Shown piece after piece: positions 14,797-26,275 of a DNA stretch of 64,000 nucleotides. Origin of the DNA: Trichoplax adhaerens. Lineage: Eukaryota; Animalia; Placozoa. The stretch is from positions 248,001 to 312,000 of the forward strand of contig NW_002060962.1 in the NCBI RefSeq assembly GCF_000150275.1, written 5' to 3'. Numbering within the stretch: position 1 is the first letter of the stretch; each line of letters begins with the position of its first letter. The notes under the pieces were generated by a model, which did not search any database, had not been told where the DNA came from, and saw nothing but the letters and a program-made list of their open reading frames with translations. Made by a program: the position numbers and the translations under genes.

Positions 14797-17700
14797 TTAT
14801 TTATTAATTGACCAAGATTGAGATTTATCAAAAGCTCTCTGGCCACCAGTAAGATCGCTTCCATATGATAGATGAGGTTCTTCAATGGGTAAATCTGGAT
14901 CGAATGATTGCTGTATTTGCTCTAGTGTTTTTCCTTTAGTCTCTGGCAAATAGTAATAGATGAAGAACTCGCTAGCGAGTGTACATCCTGCAAATAGCCA
15001 AAATCCACCTTGTTTAGTAAGACCCTTTTCAATATCTATAAAAAAGAAGACAACTAAAAAGCCACTTGTCCAGTTTAAGCAAGCAATTAAACTACTAGCA
15101 ATTCCTCGAGCTTTAGTTGGTAGCAATTCCGACATAAGCAACCAAGGTATAGCTGACCAGCCCAAAGCAAAAAACATCAAAAATAAAACAACGCTGACAA
15201 TAGCTAGCCAATCCAATTTTAATGGCGTACTTTCCTTTAATTGGAAGAAAAGACCGAAAAGACCACAGCTTATAACAATTCCAGCCCCTGATATCATGAG
15301 TAGTATTTTCCTACCAGCTCTATCAATAAATGGGACGGCTAGTATAGTAGCAAATAATTGTACGGCATTGGCTATAAGGTTAACCTACACACGCATGAAT
15401 AAATAGAATCAATCAAGAAACTACCGTATTTATTTAACTTCTATATTGTTTTATCAATCCTACCATTTGCAAATAGTATTCTATATTATAGTTAATTTAG
15501 CTACTTTACTGTAACCATTGGATATGAAATAATTACTTACAATTAAGCTATCTTTGAATCCTGCTTGATTAAATATTGATGTACAGTAGTAGTAAATAGC
15601 ATTAAATCCAGTAAATTGCTGGAGCAACATACAAGCTATAGCTATCATAAATGGTTTAACTAATGGAGGTCTAAACAATTCACAGAGATCCATCGTTGGC
15701 GTATTCTTATGCATTTCTTCAATTTCTGTTAGTTCAACATAGATATTGGCCTCATCACCATGTAGCCATCTGGTAAGATTTTAAAATTAAAGAGATAAAT
15801 TTAATATCTATTTTAATATTAACCGTACCTAACGATAGTGATTTCTCAGGTAGCTGTATTATAATAATGATATACTACTACTCTATGGTTATTATTATAG
15901 TTGTATTAATATATTTTTATAAAGTTTTAAGTATGATGCCGCTTGATTGAGTGCGACAGATGTGCGAAAGTATATGGGCTAGAAGAGCATAGGGTGATAA
16001 TTTTGTGACTTTCTGACAGTATTGTAACCCCAAAAAATAGACTTTTGCAATATATCTCGTAAAACAATTCAAATTGACTCATCTATAAAAGTTCTAGCGT
16101 ATAACATTAGTAAAATAGGATATGAGAAGATTGGATAATTTTCTTAGTTTTATTTATCTGGAATATAGCGTATTCGTTACCAATCCTAATTGATATTATC
16201 ACATAACTTTTCAAGAATATCTGATTTATGTCATTGATAACACTGTTAAAACACAATCCGAGTCACAGTTATTGCTGATATTAAGATTATAAGCCCATAG
16301 TTGTAATCAATTTATATTTGAAGCTAACTCATTAAATTGCAGCTATTGTACAATTGAAGTCTGTACCATATTTCTATCGCATATTAGTAAATATAACATA
16401 TGTAGGTTGAGTAAATTTATTTAGGAGATCTTTCGATCCTCATTGCTACTGTTTCAATCTTATCGGATTGATTTTTTTAATATAATACAAACAGTGCGAC
16501 CAATGTTATTAGAAAGGTAAATTCTCAATTGTATTCGGTTCATGTTCTAGTCTAACCGATACAAATCAAGTATACGCGTAAAACAGGTTATCTCTATTCT
16601 CCGATAGTAAAATAGGGTATTCAATATAATATCTTGTTCTATTGCTAGGAATGTGAGAGTCTCCAAACTTACCTTAAACAGTCAATAGCTTCTTTTAGAC
16701 GGCCTTGGCTGACTAGAAAACGTGGACTTTCTGGTAGTAGGATCATACCGATAGCAAGTACTAATATTGGAATTCCTGCTATTACAGCTAAATATCTCCA
16801 CTTGACCAATACGGATAGAGCGGCACAAGATAATGATCCAATGGCAATTAACAGAGAAGTTAGAAAAAGAAGACTTCCACGGATATCTGGGGTAGATATT
16901 TCTGCAAGGTAAATCTAAAAGTATTGATATGTATATCAGAGCAAATCTCGCAATATATGCTAATACAATACGAATTGTGATATAGAAAGTGTATGCGATA
17001 GTCAATATTAAAATGAAGACAATTGATAGTTAATAACTAAATAACGAACGCCTTTATGATTAGAGATATCAAATCCATACTATATCTTACTGGAACTGCC
17101 AGAGACGATATTCCAACCCCTATTCCACATAGTGTTCGTCCAACCAGTAAATGCCATACTGCTGTCGCGTATGCAATTAACAGCCAGCCAGCCATTGAAG
17201 GTATTGAAGACAAAATCAAGGTCGAACGTCGACCAAGTTGATCACTAATTTTGCCGCCAATTAAGGCACCACCTGCTGCACCAATAGCTAATAAAGACTT
17301 TGCAAGAAACGAATAAGTAATGTCAATTATAATTCGTATCTCTAATTGTTGCAGAAACGAATTAAGAGAGTTCTACTGTTTCGTCAGTAATAGACTATTT
17401 TAGATTTATCTATGATTTGAACCGTTTAATATTGTCGTTATTACATTATTAGTAGAAATTATAAATTAGAAAATAACGATCACGAAGATGCAATAAATGA
17501 GTTAAAATCCTAGCTTTCAGTAAATCTCAAAATTTCTCATGTTCGATTAATTCTATCGTAGTTTAAGTTGCGATTCAAAATTATCCTTAAATAACTACTT
17601 AATAGTTACGGAACAGGTTAGAATATATAGTAGCAGATTCAGTTGAAGCAATTCAACAAGGTTAAAATAACGACTCTAGTTGTAAGCATTTATGTCGAGT

Positions 17701-17996
17701 TGAAATTGTTATAGCATAAACATAGATTTAGATCGATTTCATCTATACGCGTATATTGGGGTTATCAACTCACTAACCGCGAATAAAGAAGTATTTCCAG
17801 ATGATAGATAGAGATTTCCAGCGCTCGGTATAGTCAACTGTGGTATGGTAGGAGAGGAATATTGCAAGCTATAACCTACTACAAAGGAGGCTATACAGGC
17901 GATAAAAGAAGCAAAATACAATTTGATCGATCTACATAAATGTTTACCATTATTACTAGAGGATTTATAACTATATTCGTCCTCTAAAAGCGACAT
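14797..17996 (-). CDS. Class III GLUT / Tret1-like sugar porter, copy B (~494 aa). Exons 17778-17996, 17091-17297, 16673-16914, 15541-15769, 14797-15384
   Basis: GRR, PESPRFL, QQFTGFN, GWSAIPWLLMSE and PETKGKTLE motifs. Internal exon sizes (207/242/229) match the paralogs; in frame. Confidence 0.92.
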
Positions 17997-20287
17997 TACT
18001 GACAAAAGAAGAACAGTATTAATTCAGTTGTTAATGTTTGTTTCAATTTTCAAAACAGTATAGAGAATAGATGGTATTATTTTATGGTCATTTAAAACAA
18101 GATTTGAACTTAAACTAAATCAGTGGTAAGAGTACGGTCTGTTATAGATTTTAATATGCTTTTACTATAGTATTGAATATTGAATAGGTCATATAGCATC
18201 GATTCAGTAACTCTGTATGAAGATATTACTTAACTTATCAATTATGATGTAAGCTATTCTGTCCTATTCGATATTATATTTGGTTTATTTATTTTGATTG
18301 TTTTATTTATTGAATTTTGTTGTATATAGTATATCATCATTAAAGGTAAGTTGCTATTTTTATGCTCTTGCACCGATATTTACGTAACTATTGATGCAAT
18401 CTACTATAGTATTTAGATATTTAGGTATAATTAATGTAAATACAATTTATAAAAAAGAGGCTTGTCCCTAATCTTCCCCCCTTGTAATCTTCATCTATAC
18501 AGTCCTTTTTATGTCACGAAGATTGAGAGCATAATGACGCATAAGTAGTTTATTTAATCAATTGGAAAATAAATTATTAAATAGTTGTTTTTATGGATTA
18601 TAGTAAAGTTAGTACCCATTCACGATACAGTTCTTAAATAAGTGAATTTAAAATAGATTAGGCCTGAAAATTAGTAATTATTGGGGTCTTTAATTTCTCG
18701 TAACAATTCATAATAAAGTAGAGTCGTGTCTTACTTGCGTTTAGCCTTTTCTTTTACTTTATTTAAATTACTGTCAGTACGATCACTAAAAACTAACAAC
18801 GTGTCCGCAGAAGAGAAATCGGTATCCGAACCGGGTGTAAAAGAGACTTCCTCTGTTATTGAGAACCATGCTGTACTGTTTCGCAGTCCATTCCATTATA
18901 CCAATACTAAGATTGATGATTACAATTATAATTAATTATCATAGGCTACATTAAACTGTGGCATGAACGGTATGTGAACAGCGATACAACATTATAGTGA
19001 GATAATACATATTACTATTTCATTCGCGATAGTAATCATGTTACTCCAATTAGATATACGTTGAGATGATTTTTTTCATTCTATAGCAGCGTTCCGATAT
19101 ATATTTTACTCATTCATTAATTGCCTTAGTTCTATTAAACTATTATATCCGTATGTAAGTTACAGGGTTGTTGTCATCATGTTATCGCTATTACTTTTAT
19201 GCACACTTGATTAAAACTCTTTCAAGATGATGCAACCGAGTATAAAGTTAATTAATATAGCATTATTCTGTATGAATCGAGTACTGTATCGTAATTTATT
19301 GCCCAATCCTATATTAGACATGTTATTGATTTTACTAGTCATTCCTTTTTTAGCTACAACTAAAAGTGTATTCAAAAAGGAGGGGGGAAAGGGCCAGTAA
19401 CATCTAGGACCATTTCTGCGGTGGTGATGCATGTGTAAAAGTTCAGAATCGCTGTTCTACTTGATTCCTCCTACCGATATCAGGGGTCAGTAAAATACCC
19501 TATGGCATGGTTATCACATTCTCTAATATCGAAGCTCGAGTATTTATCATACTAACTATACAGAATGGACATGACTGCAATAGCATAGCAATGATAGTGT
19601 GCAATGTATATTAGTTAGATGACTAGCAACTGCTCCGCTCGCTTAGCTTAGATCAGTAATCTTCTAAAATTGAAATTGCTTAATTGTTATAAAGTTACAT
19701 TACATAATTGTACGCACAGTATAAATATAGCCGACCCAAAGTTGAACGGTATTATTTTATTTTAGACATACTGTATAGATTAATATCCCACTACAGTACA
19801 CCCGATCGAAAATTCTAGTATTACAGTACTGAAATATTCATTTTACGTCGATTTATACTTACGCATATAGTATGCTGTATACTGTATATCTTCTTTATAC
19901 CTTACAAGTATTTGTAAATTGAATACTACTGTATTATTTTACTTTACAAGAATTAATTCAAACTACTATGGTTAAGCTTGAATTACTACAATCTTACACT
20001 GGGATATTTATGAACAGTTGATAGCTATTTCACTATGATAGGATGTAATGGCCTGTCTGTGTTCTGTACGTATATGTACGTCAGGGACTACTAAAAAAAT
20101 ACTGGAGAGGAACGGGACAACGAACGATCGCTGACGACTATACTAATAATTGAGAGGCTGATTCTTTTACTGGTCATTTCAACTGTATCGCATGTCTGTA
20201 AGACGGCAACTTCCAAATTGTCCTGATTGCCCGTTTGCTGTCTCCGTTTCCTTCTTTTTTCGTAGTCTGTAATGTCCGTATACGAGT

Positions 20288-20510
20288 GTTACGGCCAACA
20301 TCGGTAATCCCAGCGTTACCGGTAATGACGCCCGCGTTACTACGCCATTACCGGTAATGCTACCTTCTATTTCTTGGCCAATATCGGTAATGCTACTTTT
20401 GGTCTGGCCAGTATCGGTATTGGCCGCTGAATCTAACTGGCCATTACCGGTATTGGCCAGTTATTACTTGATCAATGTTGGTAATGCTACCTTTGGGCTG
20501 GCCATAAGCA
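20288..20510. repeat. GC-richer short tandem/palindromic repeat cluster (ggcca..atcggtaatgctac / attaccggtaat), present only in duplication unit 1
   Basis: About 8 variants of '(c)ggta(a/t)t' with 'ggcca' spacers, including the palindromes TTACCGGTAA and ATTACCGGTAAT. Confidence 0.7.
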
Positions 20511-21296
20511 AAGTCATTAGTCAATATCAGAACTATTCAGTAAACCTGAAGATGATCAGATCAATTTACTGTATTGCAGACTAGAGATTCTAGAAAGAGA
20601 GAGACTATTCAATAGTGTACACTGCTAGTCGACAGTGTACTAGTCCATTTTTGTTGCTGTTACTGCAAAATACTGCTGTCGATTTCCTATATTTTGCATC
20701 GATTCAACTTGCTCCATGACAGTGAAAATGAAATTGCTCAACTTCTACAATACAATATCATCCAGCTTGTTGATAGGCTGAACATCACCTGATCGATTTA
20801 CTATACATCACGCCATCTTTCTCTATCTGGCGTGAGCATTACCTACAGAGACGACTGTTTTAATGGTCAAAGGGTAAGCAAAAAAATCGCTTCGTAATGG
20901 TCTTATATTAGTCTGTGGTAGTAAAACCATGCTAAATAGACGCATGTAGTCAAAAATTGCATCGTAATGGTCCTTAATTAAATTAAATTAATCATTGGAG
21001 CTGGCGAGTGCGTACTACTGTAAGTATTGATTTGTGCACACTGCTCAGTAAAATAATCATTTTTGCAACTTGTACAGTAGATAGTATGTGTGTCCATTTT
21101 TAAGTTCATTGGGTCACAAAATTTGTAGGGATTGCAATCCCTTAATTTTCAAATTGCCCTTCAAACTCAATCAGCTGCCATGTCCTCCATTTTGCACTTT
21201 TTTTACAGTACTGTACTGTACTGTAATGCGGTGTGCACTGTACAGTACACTGTACAGTACAGTATTCAAGTCTATTCTAGTCCAGTACGGTCCGTA

Positions 21297-21351
21297 CCGG
21301 AACGGAACGTGACGCAACTTTCGTCATCGTGATGCAAATTATGTAAACAAA
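21297..21351 (+). promoter_or_regulatory. Candidate promoter motif cluster upstream of PhzF copy 1 (near-identical copy at 24994-25048)
   Basis: CCGGAA (ETS-like), TGACGCAA and TGATGCAA (ATF/C-EBP-like), ATGCAAAT (octamer), TTATGTAA (PAR-bZIP-like) and GTAAACAA (Forkhead) within 55 bp, just downstream of an ACAGT tract. Motif matches only. Confidence 0.35.
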
Positions 21352-21681
21352 GTGCATTTACTGTTCATACGAATTTCTTCTCTTCATGCAGTATACTGTG
21401 TACAGTATAGAGTCGGTAGTACCTTTCTGAACTGTACACTCAGTGTGGTGGCAACCCACGAATCATGTTGGCTGAAGACTCTGAAGAGCCTATTTAATTT
21501 GCAACCCCAACGCCGATTGATTCATTAGTCTCCAGTTCTCCACGACATTCATTGCAGGTAGATTATATATATCATTTACCTGATTACTTCGATTAAGGAG
21601 GAATCACAGCAAGAAATTAATCCGTGTTCCACCTTACCAAAGTTATACAACAACACTTGATTAACACTGACCTCAATCAAC

Positions 21682-22575
21682 ATGAAAAATATTCGCATTC
21701 ATCAACTTGATGCATTCTCAGCTCAATTATTTGGTGGCAATCCAGGAGCGGTTGTATTCGATGCCGATAATCTAACGGACAAAGATATGAAAAATATTGC
21801 TCGAGAAATGAATACTTCCACGACTGGTTATGTTTTAACAAGTCAGCGTGCCGATTTTCGCTTGCGTTATTTTACTCCTAGCGATGCAGAAATCACATTT
21901 TGTGGTCACGTAACTTTAGCAACATTGGCGATGATTGCTAGAGAGAAACGATTTGGTGCTGATCAGGGCATCGTTAAACAATACAACATTGAAATTAACG
22001 CTGGTTTATTCAAAGGTGAAATCGATTGGAGTGGTAATGAACCGATTATTTCTTTCTTTCCTCCCCCTATTAATCTTGATCCTGTACCTTTCAATCATGC
22101 ACAACTTGCTGAAGCACTAGCAATTAATTTAGATATTATCGATCAATCCAAACCAATCTTGATCGAAAGAACGAATCGCTATGTTTATTTTGCTATTAAA
22201 TCATTACAAGAACTAAAAGAGTTAAATGTCAATCAGGAGACTGCTAAAGCTTATGCCGAACAACATAATATTATACTTTATTGTGCATCAACACCTCATG
22301 GTGTAGATGAAAACAACCATGCACATAGTAGGGTGTTTGCTCCAGTAGGAATTGCAGAAGACCCAGTGACTGGATCATCTCAAGGTCCATTGACTGCTTA
22401 TATGGTTCAAAATGGAATGGTTCCACAATCATTAAGCAAAGTTAACACAGAACAAGGGGATTTTGTAGGTAGACCTGGACGTGCAACTGTTTATATACTT
22501 GGAAGAGACCCTATAGAGGTCAAAGTTTCCGGCCCTGCATTCCATGTATTTTCTGCTGATATGCAGATCCCTTAA
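21682..22575 (+). CDS. PhzF-family (phenazine biosynthesis-like, DAP-epimerase fold) protein, copy 1, 297 aa, intronless, catalytic Glu replaced by Thr
   Basis: Motifs DAF...GGNPGAV, RYFTP..EITFCGH, RVFAP.GIAEDPVTGS and EQG..VGRPG. The family NxSET motif reads NTSTT here. Confidence 0.92.
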   Translation: MKNIRIHQLDAFSAQLFGGNPGAVVFDADNLTDKDMKNIAREMNTSTTGYVLTSQRADFRLRYFTPSDAEITFCGHVTLATLAMIAREKRFGADQGIVKQYNIEINAGLFKGEIDWSGNEPIISFFPPPINLDPVPFNHAQLAEALAINLDIIDQSKPILIERTNRYVYFAIKSLQELKELNVNQETAKAYAEQHNIILYCASTPHGVDENNHAHSRVFAPVGIAEDPVTGSSQGPLTAYMVQNGMVPQSLSKVNTEQGDFVGRPGRATVYILGRDPIEVKVSGPAFHVFSADMQIP

Positions 22576-23799
22576 GCTGTACAGTATAGCTAGTACAGGC
22601 GAGCATCTATCAAGAATACCTTGTAATAGTAATCATATTACTTCAAATCTTTGGATAAACGTTGAGATAATTTTTTTCATTCTATAACGGCACTCCAATG
22701 TACTGTATATATATACATTCATATAATTGCCACGGCTCTATTAAACTATTACGAGTACTGTATATCCTTACATAAGTTATAGGATTGCCACCATGATGTT
22801 GTAGCTGTTACTTTATACACTTTTTATCGAAACTCTTTAAAGGTGATACAGCGGAGCTGAGCGTAAAGTTAATTTACATAGCATTTTACGCATCGATGTA
22901 CAGTAATTTAAATTAAACATAAGTGCTGCAACGATAGGCCCAAGTCTGTATTAGGCCTATTATTAATTCTAGTGGTCTTTCCTTTTAGCCACTACTGCCT
23001 CTAGGCAGTCTATCAGTAGTGATTACAAATAACTCGGTACACTCGATCGAAATTTTAGTATTACATTACAGAAATATTCATTTAACGTTGATTGATTTAT
23101 ACTTACTCATATATCTTCTTTATACCTAGCAAGTATCTATAATGAATATTACTGTATTATTTTACTTTACAAAATTACTATGGCTAAAGTTGAATGACTA
23201 CAATCACGACGTACATACAGTACAGTAGTTACACTGGGATATTTATAAACAGTTGATAGCCATTTCAACATGATAGTTGGATAATCCACCAAGAAGATCA
23301 ATCCGGACCGTATAAGAAATCAGAGAGACTCATAGAGTCAATGTAGCGATGTGTTAGCCTGTTGCGATTAACGTAGAACCTTAGAGTGTTGTACTGTTAA
23401 CTATAATTATATTATATCATACGCTGAAAGCGTTGCCTTATGTCGAGAAGAGGGATATGATATATACAGTAACACTGACCATATAAAATAGATCAGGACT
23501 ATTATAATTATACAGTATATGAAGCAATACAAAGCTATCGCGATACGGTACAAATCAATCTGGGGGTATCCCATATATTTCACCCGGTGCTATAAGACTG
23601 TTAAATAGTATTGCTTTTGCTATAATACATGCAGACGTTGCATAGCTATCTCGGAAATTCGATCTCGATCCTGTAGTGTATTTTTGCAATAAATCTTATC
23701 CTGAATCATCTATATATCGTGTTGATCGTTATCCTAGCGAGTTTGGACCTCGCGCATTACGCAATGTAGTAGTAAAAGATGAAAACGATATCAATATAG

Positions 23800-23967
23800 A
23801 TTTGATATGAAGAGGGTGAATTGAATACTTTGTAGTATTCAATCCTATACAGCTTACCGCGTAAAATTAATCTAATGCAGTAAAAAGTCTGTTTTGATAT
23901 TGCGAGGGTGGATTGAATATTTTGCAGTGTTTAATCCTATACAGCGTAAAATTAATTTAATGCGGTG
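23800..23967. repeat. Two ~90-bp direct repeats in the unit-2-specific spacer
   Basis: 'tttgatat...gagggtg(a/g)attgaata...aatcctatacagc...gtaaaattaat(c/t)taatgc' occurs twice. Confidence 0.7.
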
Positions 23968-25378
23968 CATTATCCGGTTTCGATTTGTTCGAGAGGGAGT
24001 AGTGCTCTTACTGATGCTGGTGCAGTGGTTCAACTTGATGTACTCTTCTACTATGCAAATTAGTTTTTATTTACTGAACTAGGAGTACAGTATAGTGACG
24101 GAATTATTATTGCAACTGTATTACTGGTAAAGTAGCAGGACCGTCGGTCTAGGGTACATCCTTCCAAAAAAGCTAGATGTGTTTATATGATTTCCTTCAT
24201 GATATTGAAATCGTCGCATAGTATCATCCTATTCAGTAAACCTGAAGATGATCAGATCAATTTACTGTATTGCAGACTAGAGATTCTAGAAAGAGAGAGA
24301 CTATTCAATAGTGTACACTGCTAGTCGACAGTGTACTAGTCCATTTTTGTTGCTGTTACTGCAAAATACTGCTGTCGATTTCCTATATTTTGCATCGATT
24401 CAACTTGCTCCATGACAGTGAAAATGAAATTGCTCAACTTATACAATGCAATATCATCCAGTTTGTTAATAGACTGAACATCACCTGATCGATTTACTAT
24501 ACATCACGCCATCTTTCTCTATCTGGCGTGAGCATTACCTACAGAGACGACTGTTTTAATGGTCAAAGGGTAAGCAAAAAATCGCTTCGTAATGGTCTAA
24601 TATTAGTCTGTGGTAGTAAAACCATGCTAAATAGACGCATGTAGTCAAAAATTGCATCGTAATGGTCCTTAATTAAATTAAATTAATCATTGGAGCTGGC
24701 TAGTGCGTACTACAGTAAGTATTGACTTGTGCACACTGCTCAGTAAAATAATCATTTTTGCAACTTGTACAGTAGATAGTATGTATGTCCATTTTTAAGT
24801 TCATTGGGTCACAAAATTTGTAGGGATTGCAATCCCTTAATTTTCAAATTGCCCTTCAAACTCAATCAGCTGCCATGTCCTCCATTTTGCACTTTTTTTA
24901 CAGTACTGTACTGTACTGTAATGCGGTATGCACTGTACACTGTACACTGTACAGTACAGTATTCAAGTCTATTCTAGTCCAGTACGGTCCGTACCGGAAC
25001 GGAACGTGACGCAACTTTTATCATCGTGATGCAAATTATGTAAACAAAGTGCATTTACTGTTCATACGAATTTCTTCTCTTCATGCAGTATACTGTGTAC
25101 AGTATAGAGTCGGTAGTACCTTTCTGAACTGTACACTCAGTGTGGTGGCAACCCACGAATCATGTTGGCTGAAGACTCTGAAGAGCCTATTTAATTTGCA
25201 ACCCCAACGCCGATTGATTCATTAGTCTCCAGTTCTCCACGACATTCATTGCAGGTAGATTATATATATCATTTACCTGATTACTTCGATTAAGGAGGAA
25301 TCAGAGCAAGAAATTAATCCGTGTTCCACCTTACCAAAGTTATACAACAACACTTGATTAACACTGACCTCAATCAAC

Positions 25379-26275
25379 ATGAAAAATATTCGCATTCATC
25401 AACTTGATGCATTCTCAGCTCAATTATTTGGTGGCAATCCAGGAGCGGTTGTATTCGATGCCGATAATCTAACGGACAAAGATATGAAGAACATTGCTCG
25501 AGAAATGAATATTTCTGAGACTGGTTATGTTTTAACAAGTCAACGTGCCGATTTTCGCTTGCGTTATTTTACTCCTAGCGATGCAGAAATCACATTTTGT
25601 GGTCACGTAACTTTAGCAACATTGGCTATGATTGCTAGAGAGAAACGATTTGGTGCTGATCAGGGCATCGTTAAACAATACAACATTGAAATTAACGCTG
25701 GTTTATTCAAAGGTGAAATCGATTGGAGTGGTAATGAACCGATTATTTCTTTCTTTCCTCCCCCTATTAATCTTGATCCTGTACCTTTCAATCATGCACA
25801 ACTTGCTGAAGCACTAGCAATTAATTTAGATATTATCGATCAATCCAAACCAATCTTGATCGAAAGAACGAATCGCTATGTTTATTTTGCTATTAAATCA
25901 TTACAAGAACTAAAAGAGTTAAATGTCAATCAAGAGACTGCTAAAGCTTATGCCGAACAACATAATATTATACTTTATTGTGCATCAACACCTCATGGTG
26001 TAGATGAAAACAACCATGCACATAGTAGGGTGTTTGCACCTTTAGTAGGAATTGCAGAAGACCCAGTGACTGGATCATCTCAAGGTCCATTGACTGCTTA
26101 TATGGTTCAAAATGGAATGGTTCCACAATCATTAAGCAAAGTTAACACAGAACAAGGGGATTTTGTAGGTAGACCTGGACGTGCAACTGTTTATATACTT
26201 GGAAGAGACCCTATAGAGGTCAAAGTTTCCGGCCCTGCATTCCATGTATTTTCTGCTGATATGCAGATACCTTAA
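25379..26275 (+). CDS. PhzF-family isomerase, copy 2, 298 aa, intronless, canonical active site
   Basis: DAF, GNP, EMNISETGY (Glu47), FCGH (Cys74/His76) and FAPLVGIAEDPVTGS (Asp228) all intact. Confidence 0.94.
   Translation: MKNIRIHQLDAFSAQLFGGNPGAVVFDADNLTDKDMKNIAREMNISETGYVLTSQRADFRLRYFTPSDAEITFCGHVTLATLAMIAREKRFGADQGIVKQYNIEINAGLFKGEIDWSGNEPIISFFPPPINLDPVPFNHAQLAEALAINLDIIDQSKPILIERTNRYVYFAIKSLQELKELNVNQETAKAYAEQHNIILYCASTPHGVDENNHAHSRVFAPLVGIAEDPVTGSSQGPLTAYMVQNGMVPQSLSKVNTEQGDFVGRPGRATVYILGRDPIEVKVSGPAFHVFSADMQIP

Noticed and set aside
14960-15406. Antisense ORFs over coding exons (14960-15406, 47920-48108, 52344-52649, 55839-56096, 536-727)
   Set aside because: Shadow frames opposite real exons, with no independent motifs.
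21594-21601. TAAGGAGG, a perfect Shine-Dalgarno-like sequence upstream of both PhzF copies
   Set aside because: It lies ~80 nt from the ATG, far outside functional spacing, and the ATG has a eukaryote-like AAC-ATG context. Probably chance, so not used as HGT evidence.
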